A stretch of 32,000 nt of DNA, taken from the NCBI GenBank assembly GCA_963662625.1, contig OY759726.1, positions 1,537,446-1,569,445 on the forward strand. Reading direction: 5' to 3'. The notes below the pieces were generated by a model. The model had not been told where the DNA came from and made no database searches. It saw nothing but the letters and a program-made list of their open reading frames with translations. Below are positions 1 through 7,619 of this stretch, piece by piece (the first letter of the stretch is position 1; each line of letters opens with the position of its first letter). Made by a program: the position numbers and the translations under genes. The stretch comes from Nitrosopumilus sp. Lineage in GTDB: Archaea; Thermoproteota; Nitrososphaeria; Nitrososphaerales; Nitrosopumilaceae.

Positions 1-1140
1 GCACGCCCAGAGGTGCGACTCCAGCAGGTTGCACCTTTCCGGCGAGGGCGGCCCGTCCCCCCACGGGAACAGCGTCTTCCTCTGCCCGCCCTCGTCCCAG
101 CAGGCGGCCTTCTCCCACTCCGCCTCCGTCGGCAGCCTCTTTCCGGCCCACCTGCAGTACGCGTCGGCCTCGTAGTAGCTGACGTGGCACACCGGCTCGT
201 CGGGGTCGATCCTCCTAGATCCGAGGAAGTCCCTGGTCGTCCACCCGCCCCCGTCCCTCTCCCAGTACATCGGCGCCTCCCACCCGTTGGCCTTGACCTT
301 CTCCCACCCGTCGGCCAGCCAGTGCCTGTAGGTGCCGTACCCGCCGTCCTCGACGAACTCCGCGTACTGCCGGTTCGTCACGGGGAACAGGTCGATCTCA
401 TAGTCCTCCAGGTAGACCGCGTGCTCGGGGAGCTCGATGTCGTAGCAGAACCCGTCCCCGCCGTACCCCATGGTGTACAGCCCGCCGCCGATCCTGGCCG
501 ACCCTTCCCCGGGCGCGGCCCGCGCCGGCGGATCGCTCCTCCTGGCCGGCCTGTACAGGTCGGCGAGCATGTGCTGCAGGTCGTACACCAGCAGCTCCTG
601 GTGCTGGCACTCGTGGTGGACGCCCATCGTGAGGAGCCCCGCGCCCTCGGCGCCCAGGGAGCCCGAGCCGATCAGCCCCTCGACCCGCCGGCTGACCTCC
701 CCAAAGTACTCGAATATCTGGCCGGCCGTCGGCCTGGTGGCGGCGCCGCGCAGCCCCTTGTCGTTTGGAACGCCGAACTGCTGGTAGTACGAGTTGAGGT
801 ACCGGGAGTACTCCTCGGAGTAGAACTCGTACCCCTCGGCCACCTTGCTCATTATCGCCTCGTACACCCAGCTCACGTGGCCGACGTGCCACTTTGGCGG
901 GCTGGCAAACGCCGCAGTCTGGACGCCGAGGTCGTCGGCCTCCAGCGTGCCGACCATCTCCAGCGTCCTCGCCCTGGTCTCCCTGAACAGTTCCAGCAGG
1001 GCGCCGGCCCGCGCCCCCGCCGCGCCGTCCCTCAGCGCGGATCGCCGCCCCCCATGCTCAGTACCCCCGGGCGAACACCGGGACCGACTCGCTTGCCCCC
1101 CCGCAGCGCACGCACCTGGAGGAGGCGTCCTCCGAGCCAA
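1..1140 (-). CDS. EgtB/OvoA-like iron-dependent sulfoxide synthase (DinB-like N-domain + FGE/SUMF1-type C-domain); C-terminus runs off the left edge
   Basis: Absent from the ORF track because no stop lies in the window. Hand translation of the minus strand (codon first bases at coordinates divisible by 3) gives LLELFRETRARTLEMVGTLEADDL..PPKWHVGHVSWVYE..YLNSYYQ..MGVHHECQH..YLEDYEIDLFPVTNRQYAEFVEDGGY..HWLADGWEKVKANGWEAPMYWERD..DEPVCHVSYYEADAYCRWAGKRLPTEAEWEKAA. Start unresolved: the only in-frame ATG (957) lies inside the conserved domain. The next canonical candidate upstream is TTG at 1140, overlapping the proS 3' end. Confidence 0.75.
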   Translation of the reverse strand, partial: MARRTPPPGACAAGGQASRSRCSPGGTEHGGRRSALRDGAAGARAGALLELFRETRARTLEMVGTLEADDLGVQTAAFASPPKWHVGHVSWVYEAIMSKVAEGYEFYSEEYSRYLNSYYQQFGVPNDKGLRGAATRPTAGQIFEYFGEVSRRVEGLIGSGSLGAEGAGLLTMGVHHECQHQELLVYDLQHMLADLYRPARRSDPPARAAPGEGSARIGGGLYTMGYGGDGFCYDIELPEHAVYLEDYEIDLFPVTNRQYAEFVEDGGYGTYRHWLADGWEKVKANGWEAPMYWERDGGGWTTRDFLGSRRIDPDEPVCHVSYYEADAYCRWAGKRLPTEAEWEKAACWDEGGQRKTLFPWGDGPPSPERCNLLESHLWAC

Positions 1141-2521
1141 ACGGTATGACCCTGATGTCCGCCCCCGTGTCCTCCTTGATCCCCTCCTCGCACTCCGTCC
1201 TGCCGCACCACGGGGCCGAGACGAACCCGCCGGCAGCCACGGCCTCCTTGAGCTCCCCGTACCCCGACGCGCTCCTCTCCATGCCGGCGGCGCGCTCCCT
1301 GGCGGCCCCCAGCATCGCCCCCTGGATCTCCTCGAGCACCCGCGCCACCCCGCCGATCCCGGACAGCGGCACGTCCTCCTTCCCGCCGGTCCTCCTCGCC
1401 ACGACGGCGCTGCCCCTGGCCACGTCCCTGGGGCCTATCTCCACCCTGACCGGGACGCCCCTCATCTCCCAGTCGCTGAACTTGTACCCCGGGGTGAGGC
1501 CCTCCCTGGAGTCGACGCGGGCCCTGACGCCCGCCGCCTCCAGCGCGGCCCTCGCCCCCTCGGCCGCCGAGAGGACGCCCTCCCTCATGCTGCCGTCCCC
1601 GTGTATCGGTATTATGACGGCCTGGACGGGGGCGACCCTCGGGGGCAGGACCAGCCCCCTGTCGTCGCCGTGGACCATTATCATCGCGCCTATGAGCCTC
1701 CACGACACCCCCCACGACGTCTGCCACGCAAAGTGCTCCACGTTGTCCCTGTCGGCGAACTTTACCCCGAACGGGACCGAGAAGTTCTGCCCCAAAAAGT
1801 GCGACGTGCCCATCTGCAGCGCCCTGCCGTCGGGCATCACGGACTCCATCGTGGTGGTGTACACCGCGCCGACGAACTTCTCCTTCTCGCTCTTCCTCCC
1901 GACGGTCACCGGCACGGCCAGCTCCGACTCGACCGTGTCCCTGTACGCCTCCATGATCCCCGCGACCTCGGCCTCGGCCCCCTCGCGGTCGGCGTGGACG
2001 GTGTGCCCCTCCTGCCACAGGAACTCCGACGTCCTCAGGAACGGCTTGGTCCCCTTGATCTCGGCGCGCAGCGCCGTGTTCCAGAAGTTCATCTTCAGCG
2101 GCAGGTCCCTCCAGCTCTGGATCCACTTGGAGTACATCGTGTACGCCAGGGTCTCGGACGTGGGCCGCAGCGCCAGCCTGTCGCCGATCTCGCCCGTCCC
2201 GGAGTGCGTCACCCAGAAGACCTCCGGGTTGAACCCCTCGAAGTGGCTCTGCTCCTTGCCGAGAAGCGACTCGGGTATCAGCACCGGGAGGAACCCGTTC
2301 CTGACCCCCCGCCTGGCGAGCCTGGCGTCGAGCGCGGCCCTCAGCGACTCCCATACGGCGTACCCGTCGGGCCTCAGCACCATCATGCCCTTGACGGGGG
2401 CGTAGTCTGCCAGCTCCGCCTTGAGGACCACCTGCGTGTACCACCCGCTAAAGTCGCCCTCCTTGGAGGCCGTGACGCCGGCCGCTTCCCTGTTCAAACT
2501 GGTATCACGACGCGCGGTCAA
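1058..2521 (-). CDS. proS: Prolyl-tRNA synthetase, archaeal/eukaryal type
   Basis: 487-aa ORF with ProRS-typical stretches FLPVLIPESLL, LRPTSETLAY, FLRTSEFLWQEGHT, MGTSHFLGQNFS, SWGVSWRLIGAMIMVHGDDRGLVLPP and a C-terminal Cys cluster (WCGRTECE..CVRCG). Confidence 0.95.
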   Translation of the reverse strand: MTARRDTSLNREAAGVTASKEGDFSGWYTQVVLKAELADYAPVKGMMVLRPDGYAVWESLRAALDARLARRGVRNGFLPVLIPESLLGKEQSHFEGFNPEVFWVTHSGTGEIGDRLALRPTSETLAYTMYSKWIQSWRDLPLKMNFWNTALRAEIKGTKPFLRTSEFLWQEGHTVHADREGAEAEVAGIMEAYRDTVESELAVPVTVGRKSEKEKFVGAVYTTTMESVMPDGRALQMGTSHFLGQNFSVPFGVKFADRDNVEHFAWQTSWGVSWRLIGAMIMVHGDDRGLVLPPRVAPVQAVIIPIHGDGSMREGVLSAAEGARAALEAAGVRARVDSREGLTPGYKFSDWEMRGVPVRVEIGPRDVARGSAVVARRTGGKEDVPLSGIGGVARVLEEIQGAMLGAARERAAGMERSASGYGELKEAVAAGGFVSAPWCGRTECEEGIKEDTGADIRVIPFGSEDASSRCVRCGGASESVPVFARGY

Positions 2522-2551
2522 CTAATGAGCCTTTCGTGTGGGGCCTGCCGC

Positions 2552-2839
2552 TCACCCCAGCGGGTCGCCCTTGCAGAGGACCTTCCCGGTCACCCTGCTC
2601 TGGAAGTTGGAGCAGACGAAGCACTTTATGAACTGCGTCTCCTCGCCCAGCACCGGGCAGTCCACGAACTCCTGCTTCATCCTCTTGAGCATCTTGGGGC
2701 TGACGCCCTTCAGCTTTATCTTCCCCTTGTCGTCCATCATGCCGGCCGCCTTCAGCTCGTCCTTGATGTCAGCGGGCAGCCTCTGCCTCTTCTCGGTGGC
2801 CACCACGTCGACCTCGAACTTGTATTCAAGCTCGCCCAT
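2552..2839 (-). CDS. Small hypothetical protein with 4-Cys C-terminal motif (C-x12-C-x2-C-x12-C)
   Basis: 95-aa ORF with protein-like composition (MGELEYKFEVDVVATEKRQ..DCPVLGEETQFIKCFVCSNFQSRVTGKVLCKG). An AT-rich TATA-like element (gcaataaatcac on the coding strand) lies about 25 bp upstream of the ATG. Confidence 0.55.
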   Translation of the reverse strand: MGELEYKFEVDVVATEKRQRLPADIKDELKAAGMMDDKGKIKLKGVSPKMLKRMKQEFVDCPVLGEETQFIKCFVCSNFQSRVTGKVLCKGDPLG

Positions 2840-2893
2840 GCATGTGCCACGATCCCCCGTGATTTATTGCTAACGCTTGCGGCCCCGTGATAC

Positions 2894-2905
2894 TTTAATA
2901 TAATT
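2894..2905 (+). promoter_or_regulatory. TATA-box-like element (tttaatataatt) upstream of the HAD/SerB-like gene
   Basis: AT-rich box in an otherwise GC-rich intergenic region, centred about 34 bp upstream of the TTG start at 2933. Spacing fits a very short leader or a leaderless transcript. Confidence 0.35.
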
Positions 2906-2932
2906 CGCGCATTTCTGCAGATCAGAAAGCTG

Positions 2933-3565
2933 TTGCTGGTAATTTTTGACGTGGAGGGGGTCCTTTACGACGCCGAGTACCTCCCGATCCTCGCCGAGAG
3001 GGTGAACAGGGAGGACGAGATATGGGAGATCACCAAGAAGGGGATCCAGGGGGCCATCGACTGGAAGGAGGGCCTGGAGACCCGGGTCGGCCTCCTCAGG
3101 GGCCTCGACTACGAGACGTGCCGGGACGTGGCGGACTCGCTCCCCGTAATGACCGGCGCCAGGGAGGCCTGCCGCAGGCTCAAGGCGGCGGGGTGGAGGC
3201 TCATGGCGATCTCCGGCGGCTTCACGATAATGACCGACAGGCTCAGGCGGGAGCTCTCGCTCGACCACGTCTTCTCCAACGAGCTGGTCTTCCGGGACGG
3301 GAGGCTGGACGGCGTGAGGGTCAGCGTCGACTCGGACAAGGCCCGGTCGGCCAGGGCGAAGATCGAGGAGTGGGGCGAGAGGCGCGAGGACATAGTGTGC
3401 GTGGTGGACGGCGCCAACGACGTGAAGCTCTTCGACGTCTGCGGCCTGGGCATAGCGTACAGGGCGCAGGACCTGGTGAGGGACAGGGCCACGGCCACGC
3501 TGGAGACCAAGGACCTCTCCATGGTGCTCGGGATAATATCTGACCACTACGGGCTGGACCTGTGA
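2933..3565 (+). CDS. serB: HAD-IB hydrolase, phosphoserine phosphatase (SerB)-like
   Basis: 210-aa ORF. Motif I is at the extreme N-terminus (VIFDVEGVL), followed by MAISGGF (motif II-like), K in DSDKARSA, and VVDGANDVKLF (motif IV, GDGxND-like). TTG start. Motif I reads D-V-E rather than D-x-D. Confidence 0.7.
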   Translation: MLVIFDVEGVLYDAEYLPILAERVNREDEIWEITKKGIQGAIDWKEGLETRVGLLRGLDYETCRDVADSLPVMTGAREACRRLKAAGWRLMAISGGFTIMTDRLRRELSLDHVFSNELVFRDGRLDGVRVSVDSDKARSARAKIEEWGERREDIVCVVDGANDVKLFDVCGLGIAYRAQDLVRDRATATLETKDLSMVLGIISDHYGLDL

Positions 3566-4341
3566 CCGGCCGGCGCGCGCAACCCATTTTAGTCCCAGGC
3601 GCCGACGTACGTTGCTTGCAGGTGATCCCGGTTGCGGTTGGAAAGGAGATAGGCCCCTCGGACGACCTCGCCGGGCTGGTGGCCTCGTCGGCGCGGGTCG
3701 AGGACGGCGACGTGCTGGTGGTGGCGCAGAAGGCGGTGTCCAAGGCGGAGGGCAGGACAGTCGACCTGTCGTCCGTGGAGCCGTCGCTGCTGGCCGAGGG
3801 GATCGCCGCCCAGTACGGCAAGGACCCGAGGGTCGTGGAGCTGGTGCTGTCAGAGTCCGGCAGGATAGTCCGGATGCGCGACGGCGTGCTGATAGTGGAG
3901 ACGCGCGGGGGGATCGTCTGCGCCAACGCGGGGATCGACGAGAGCAACGTCGCGGGGGGCCACGCCACGCTGCTCCCCGAGGACCCCGACGCGTCGGCCC
4001 GGGGGATCCGGCGCGGCGTGCTGGAGAGGACCGGCATGGACGCGGCCGTGATCGTGTCGGACACCTTCGGCCGGGCGTTCCGGTCGGGGCAGACCAACTG
4101 CGCGATCGGCGTGTCGGGGATGGAGCCCGTCCTCGACTACTCGGGGACGCGCGACGCGTTCGGCAGGATCCTGCGCGTGACGGCCATCGCGGTGGCCGAC
4201 GAGCTCGCGTCGGCGGCCGAGCTGGTCATGCAGAAGACCCTGGGGTGCCCGGCGGCGCTGGTCCGGGGGTACCGGTACGGCGCCGGCGACGGCACGGCGG
4301 CCGGGCTGCTGCGGCCCAGGGGCGAGGACCTCTTCAGGTAG
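3562..4341 (+). CDS. cofE: Coenzyme F420:L-glutamate ligase (F420-0 gamma-glutamyl ligase)
   Basis: Matches the CofE pattern: GDVLVVAQKAVSKAEGR, GKDPRVVELVLSES, CANAGIDESNV, LLPEDPDASA, VIVSDTFGRAFRSGQTNCAIG, ADELASAAELVMQK. The listed GTG start (3562) overlaps the serB-like stop. In-frame TTG 3616 or GTG 3622 are alternative starts. Confidence 0.85.
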   Translation: MTGRRAQPILVPGADVRCLQVIPVAVGKEIGPSDDLAGLVASSARVEDGDVLVVAQKAVSKAEGRTVDLSSVEPSLLAEGIAAQYGKDPRVVELVLSESGRIVRMRDGVLIVETRGGIVCANAGIDESNVAGGHATLLPEDPDASARGIRRGVLERTGMDAAVIVSDTFGRAFRSGQTNCAIGVSGMEPVLDYSGTRDAFGRILRVTAIAVADELASAAELVMQKTLGCPAALVRGYRYGAGDGTAAGLLRPRGEDLFR

Positions 4342-4391
4342 CCGGGCCCGGCTTCAATAGGATTATATCCGCAGGGGGCCCCCCCTTGGAA

Positions 4392-5306
4392 ATGCGCGTC
4401 AGGACGGAGCTGCACTGCCACAACTCGTTCTCGAACTTCCACGTGGGCGATGGCGAGCCGCCGTACGACTGCGGCGTCCCCGTGAGGGACCAGCTGGAGC
4501 GCTCCCGCCTGCTGGGGCTCGACGCCATATTCGTGACCAACCACAACACGCTCGACGGGTACGCCCAGCTGCTCGAGTGCCAGAGGGACCACGAGAAGTT
4601 CGCCGGGATCGGCGTGTACCCGGCCGAGGAGATCACCACGGACGCGGGCGCGCACGTCCTGGCGTACGGGATACGCGAGGCGATCCGGCCGGGGCTGCAG
4701 CTCGGGGAGGTGATCGACGAGGTCAGGGCGCAGGGGGGCGTCTCGTCGGCGCCGCACCCGTTCAGCCTGCTCGACGCGCTCCGCGACCAGGCGAGGCACT
4801 GCGACATGGTCGAGGTGTTCAACAGCAACAACGTCGACGTGCTCTCCAACGCGCGCGCGGCCCACTTTGCCATGGAGAACGGCATGACCCAGGTGGCCGG
4901 CAGCGACTCGCACGTCCTCTCGACCCTGGGCAGGTGCGTCAACGTGATAGAGTCGGAGGGCGGCCTGGACGGCATCCTGGACTCCATGAGGCGCGGGAGG
5001 GTCACGATCTCGCAGACCGGCTACGCGCTGCAGGGCGAGACGCTCGAGCACCTGAGGTACAAGATAAACAACTCGAGGGAGTACCTCGCCGAGTACATGG
5101 CCGAGCACTACCCCAACGCCAGGTGGCTCCTGACGCTGCTGCTGCGCATCTACGACATGAACCAGGACAGCCACCTGTGGGGCCTGTTCTACAGGGTCGC
5201 GGTCTACCTGATGCGGAGGATATCCCGCAAGATAAACTTCCAGGACCAGGACCCGGGGTTCATGAGGGACCGCGACCTCTGCACGATGTTCAGGATGGCG
5301 ATGTAG
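4392..5306 (+). CDS. PHP-domain metal-dependent phosphoesterase
   Basis: Real gene is the C-terminal part of track ORF 3612..5306, whose N-terminal 260 aa is a shadow of cofE. The product begins at ATG 4392 (MRVRTELHCHNSFSNFH). PHP His/Asp motifs present: HCHNS, VTNHNT, HVLAYG, SAPHPF, GSDSH. A TATA-like element (ggattatatcc) lies about 25 bp upstream. Confidence 0.8.
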   Translation: MRVRTELHCHNSFSNFHVGDGEPPYDCGVPVRDQLERSRLLGLDAIFVTNHNTLDGYAQLLECQRDHEKFAGIGVYPAEEITTDAGAHVLAYGIREAIRPGLQLGEVIDEVRAQGGVSSAPHPFSLLDALRDQARHCDMVEVFNSNNVDVLSNARAAHFAMENGMTQVAGSDSHVLSTLGRCVNVIESEGGLDGILDSMRRGRVTISQTGYALQGETLEHLRYKINNSREYLAEYMAEHYPNARWLLTLLLRIYDMNQDSHLWGLFYRVAVYLMRRISRKINFQDQDPGFMRDRDLCTMFRMAM

Positions 5307-5506
5307 GGCCGCGCGGGCACGATGCGCGCGTCCGGCCAGGACGCCGATCAGCCACGTGCTTCCGGAAACGGGCAGAATTGCACGAGAATAACCGATAGAA
5401 CGTACGGGAGGGGCGCACAGCGAGAGTTTGGTCCGGGTCGGGTGGCACTTTCAGGGCTGGCCAGCCGATGGGACTTGTTTCGTTTGGAAAGCACACGGGT
5501 TCCGGT

Positions 5507-5773
5507 TTACTTTCTTTTTAGAATTTTTTTCGCGATCAGTTTTTTCTTGGGATTGACCTTGACCTTGTAGACTATGGTGTAGTTGGTTAGGTTGACGTTG
5601 TTCCTCATGCTCATTTCGTGCACCGACATGCCTGATTTCTCCAGTTTCTCTAGGTTCTTGGCCGTCACCTTGATGTTTTGGGCCACGCGTTTGTAAGTGA
5701 CATGATCCTCTGTCTCTTTGATGTACTCCATTTGTTCGTTAAAAAGTTTGGAAAGGGAAACCTGAAAACTCAC
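5507..5773 (-). CDS. Small XRE-like helix-turn-helix protein (hypothetical) in an AT-rich islet
   Basis: 88-aa ORF with GTG start. The stretch YKRVAQNIKVTAKNLEKLEKSGMSVHEMSM fits the XRE HTH pattern (LA..lgvs...is.lE.G). Lys-rich C-terminal tail. Local composition is much more AT-rich than the flanks. Confidence 0.45.
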   Translation of the reverse strand: MSFQVSLSKLFNEQMEYIKETEDHVTYKRVAQNIKVTAKNLEKLEKSGMSVHEMSMRNNVNLTNYTIVYKVKVNPKKKLIAKKILKRK

Positions 5774-5890
5774 TTACAGTCTCTTCAGGATTGCTTTCAC
5801 TGCCTTATCAGCGTTTTGATAGGTGCAGGCAATCTCGTCTTCCCCTTTTTGGTATCTGCCTAATCCTGTTCTCGCCACTGTTATAGCCAT
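5774..5890 (-). CDS. Possible 38-aa micro-ORF directly abutting the XRE-like gene (TAA immediately followed by GTG)
   Basis: Hand translation gives MAITVARTGLGRYQKGEDEIACTYQNADKAVKAILKRL*. The stop at 5776-5774 is followed at once by the GTG at 5773 of the next ORF. It is below the ORF-track length cut-off and has no recognisable family. Confidence 0.25.
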   Translation of the reverse strand: MAITVARTGLGRYQKGEDEIACTYQNADKAVKAILKRL

Positions 5891-6289
5891 GGTTACCTTC
5901 GCACATGTTGTTATTTATTCTTTAAGTTTGATGCCATTTTGCACCTGTTCTGGAATTCTCACTTTCCAGCGCCGCAATTCCATCATGCTGCCTGCCCCGC
6001 TTGGTAGCCACCACGGCCAGATCCTTGCGCAGGACTACGGCCTCGGAATCGGCCAGTATTTGGCCTGGATGTGGCTGGCTCAAGGCACGCCGATCGAGAT
6101 CTATGGATTACCATATAAATTCGATTAGGCGTGGACCTAGAATGCGCATACTGTATGCTAGTTTGCACAATCTGCCTAGATCCGTCTTTATGGGGTTGTT
6201 TTTCGCGCCTAAAAACCGAGTTACGCAACAAGCTACGCCGTCCGAATAGGTTATAACGCGCCGGGCCGGGATCCAGCACGGTAGGGAAA

Positions 6290-6526
6290 TTGTCGGAACC
6301 TGATCAGAAGGTATTGGACGCCACCGGGCTGTTCTGCCCGGAGCCGGTGTTCAGGACGAAGATCGAGATCGAGAGGATGCAGGCAGGCCAGGTCCTCGCC
6401 GTGTCGGCAGACGATCCCGCGGCCGAGGAGGACATCTCCAGGTGGGTCACGCGGAGCGGCCACGAGCTGCTGGGCACGGAGAAGGACGGCGCCAGGGTCA
6501 CGCTTCGCATCAGGAAGGTAAAGTAG
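6290..6526 (+). CDS. tusA: TusA/SirA-family sulfur carrier protein
   Basis: 78-aa ORF with the diagnostic LDATGLFCPEP (CPxP) motif and typical family length. TTG start. Confidence 0.85.
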   Translation: MSEPDQKVLDATGLFCPEPVFRTKIEIERMQAGQVLAVSADDPAAEEDISRWVTRSGHELLGTEKDGARVTLRIRKVK

Positions 6527-6538
6527 CCGCCGCGCCGG

Positions 6539-7021
6539 CTAGCCGGAGCCGCCCCCGTCTCCCAGGGCGCCCCTCAGGCGGCTGTCGTAAAACCCCCTGA
6601 ACGCCTCGCTCATCGCCTTTTCGTGCCCCAGGCACCTGTTGCTGCAGTCGATGACCGCCTCCCTGGCGTCCTTGCTCCACCTGCTCTGCTGCCTGTCCCT
6701 TGGCTCCATGACGGTGGGGTTCTGCCTGATCCTCTCGAGGGCCTCCATCTGCTCCTTTCTCAGCCGGTGGAACTTGCCCAGCATCAGCAGGAACGTCCCG
6801 GCCTGCCCCGGGTCGACGAGCCTCATCAGCAGGTGCGCCTGCTCGTAGTACTCCTGGCTCTTCCCAAAGTACTCCCTGTGCTCCGCCAGGCGCCCCTCCC
6901 AGTACCCCGGATCGGTGTCCTTCTTGACCTCGTACGAGAACCCCATCCTTGCGATGTCCTCCCCGAGCCCCGCCAGCGCCCTCGCGTGCTGCCTGACCAC
7001 TTCCGTCCCGCCGTCGGCCAC
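6539..7021 (-). CDS. Hypothetical protein
   Basis: 160-aa ORF with balanced, protein-like composition (..DPGYWEGRLAEHREYFGKSQEYYEQAHLLMRL..). This contrasts with the Arg/Pro/Gly-rich shadow ORFs on the opposite strand. No family recognised. Confidence 0.55.
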   Translation of the reverse strand: MADGGTEVVRQHARALAGLGEDIARMGFSYEVKKDTDPGYWEGRLAEHREYFGKSQEYYEQAHLLMRLVDPGQAGTFLLMLGKFHRLRKEQMEALERIRQNPTVMEPRDRQQSRWSKDAREAVIDCSNRCLGHEKAMSEAFRGFYDSRLRGALGDGGGSG

Positions 7022-7054
7022 CCCTTCGCTGCGGCGCCGCGTTCTTAAAACGTT

Positions 7055-7321
7055 TTACGCCCCGCGCCCGGCCGGCAGCGAGTAGTCCCTCAGCCGGTTG
7101 TAGTGGGTCCTCAGAAAGTCCATTATCCTCCTGTCCTCGTCCCTCCCGGCACTCGAGCCGTTCGCCAGTATGCTGAGGTACTTCAGGTCGGACTCCAGCC
7201 GGTGCAGCGACTGCTCGATGCCGTCCAGCCGCCCGGCCCCGATGCGCCGGTCGAGCTCCTCCTCCGCCCGCGCGATGTCGCTCTCCAGGTCGGCGATCTT
7301 CTGGCGGGTCCTGTCCTGCAT
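7055..7321 (-). CDS. Small coiled-coil hypothetical protein
   Basis: Track ORF 7055..7489 has a Gly/Arg-rich N-terminus that looks non-coding. From the internal ATG at 7321 the product is MQDRTRQKIADLESDIARAEEELDRRIG..LHRLESDLKYLSILA.., a heptad-like helical sequence (88 aa). Confidence 0.5.
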   Translation of the reverse strand: MQDRTRQKIADLESDIARAEEELDRRIGAGRLDGIEQSLHRLESDLKYLSILANGSSAGRDEDRRIMDFLRTHYNRLRDYSLPAGRGA

Positions 7322-7619
7322 GGCTTGCGTCCCGCGCCGTCCAAGATAATCTTGTCCCGGGCGCCCCTTTACACCCGTTGAGGATCGGCCGGGTTTTCTG
7401 GACAACCCTGAGCCGGCAACCGACGCGCGTTCATGCGGCCACGTCCGGCATCCGCCGCCATGGCCCGCGCCGGCACCCTCCCGGGCCACCGCGCCTCGTG
7501 CAAGCCCGGCGGCTCCCCCCCCGGGTCCGCCCGCGCAGCCCGCGCACGCCGTCCCGACTTGCCGTAACGGCCAGAACCCGCCACGCCAACCAGCACTCTA
7601 TGGCGCCACAGGGCCCACC

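Noticed and set aside
13-2890. Long plus-strand ORFs 13..1149 (378 aa), 845..2890 (681 aa) and 1146..2405, plus minus-strand ORFs 1032..2444 and 398..892
   Set aside because: Their translations are Arg/Pro/Gly/Ala-rich low complexity. They lie antisense to or out of frame with the clearly homologous EgtB-like and ProRS genes, as expected for GC-driven shadow ORFs.
3612-4391. N-terminal 260 aa of track ORF 3612..5306, and analogous N-terminal extensions of 17662..18960, 23621..26002, 7055..7489 and 26404..27453
   Set aside because: The extensions are Gly/Arg-rich shadows of neighbouring genes or intergenic DNA. Internal starts (4392, 18771, 25513, 7321, 27363) coincide with the onset of homology or protein-like composition and with upstream TATA-like boxes.
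5823-6279. ORFs 5823..6128 (+), 5983..6279 (-) and 6001..6249 (+) in the AT-rich islet
   Set aside because: None has a recognisable motif, and they overlap one another. Their composition changes midway across the AT/GC boundary, so they are more likely chance ORFs over decayed sequence.
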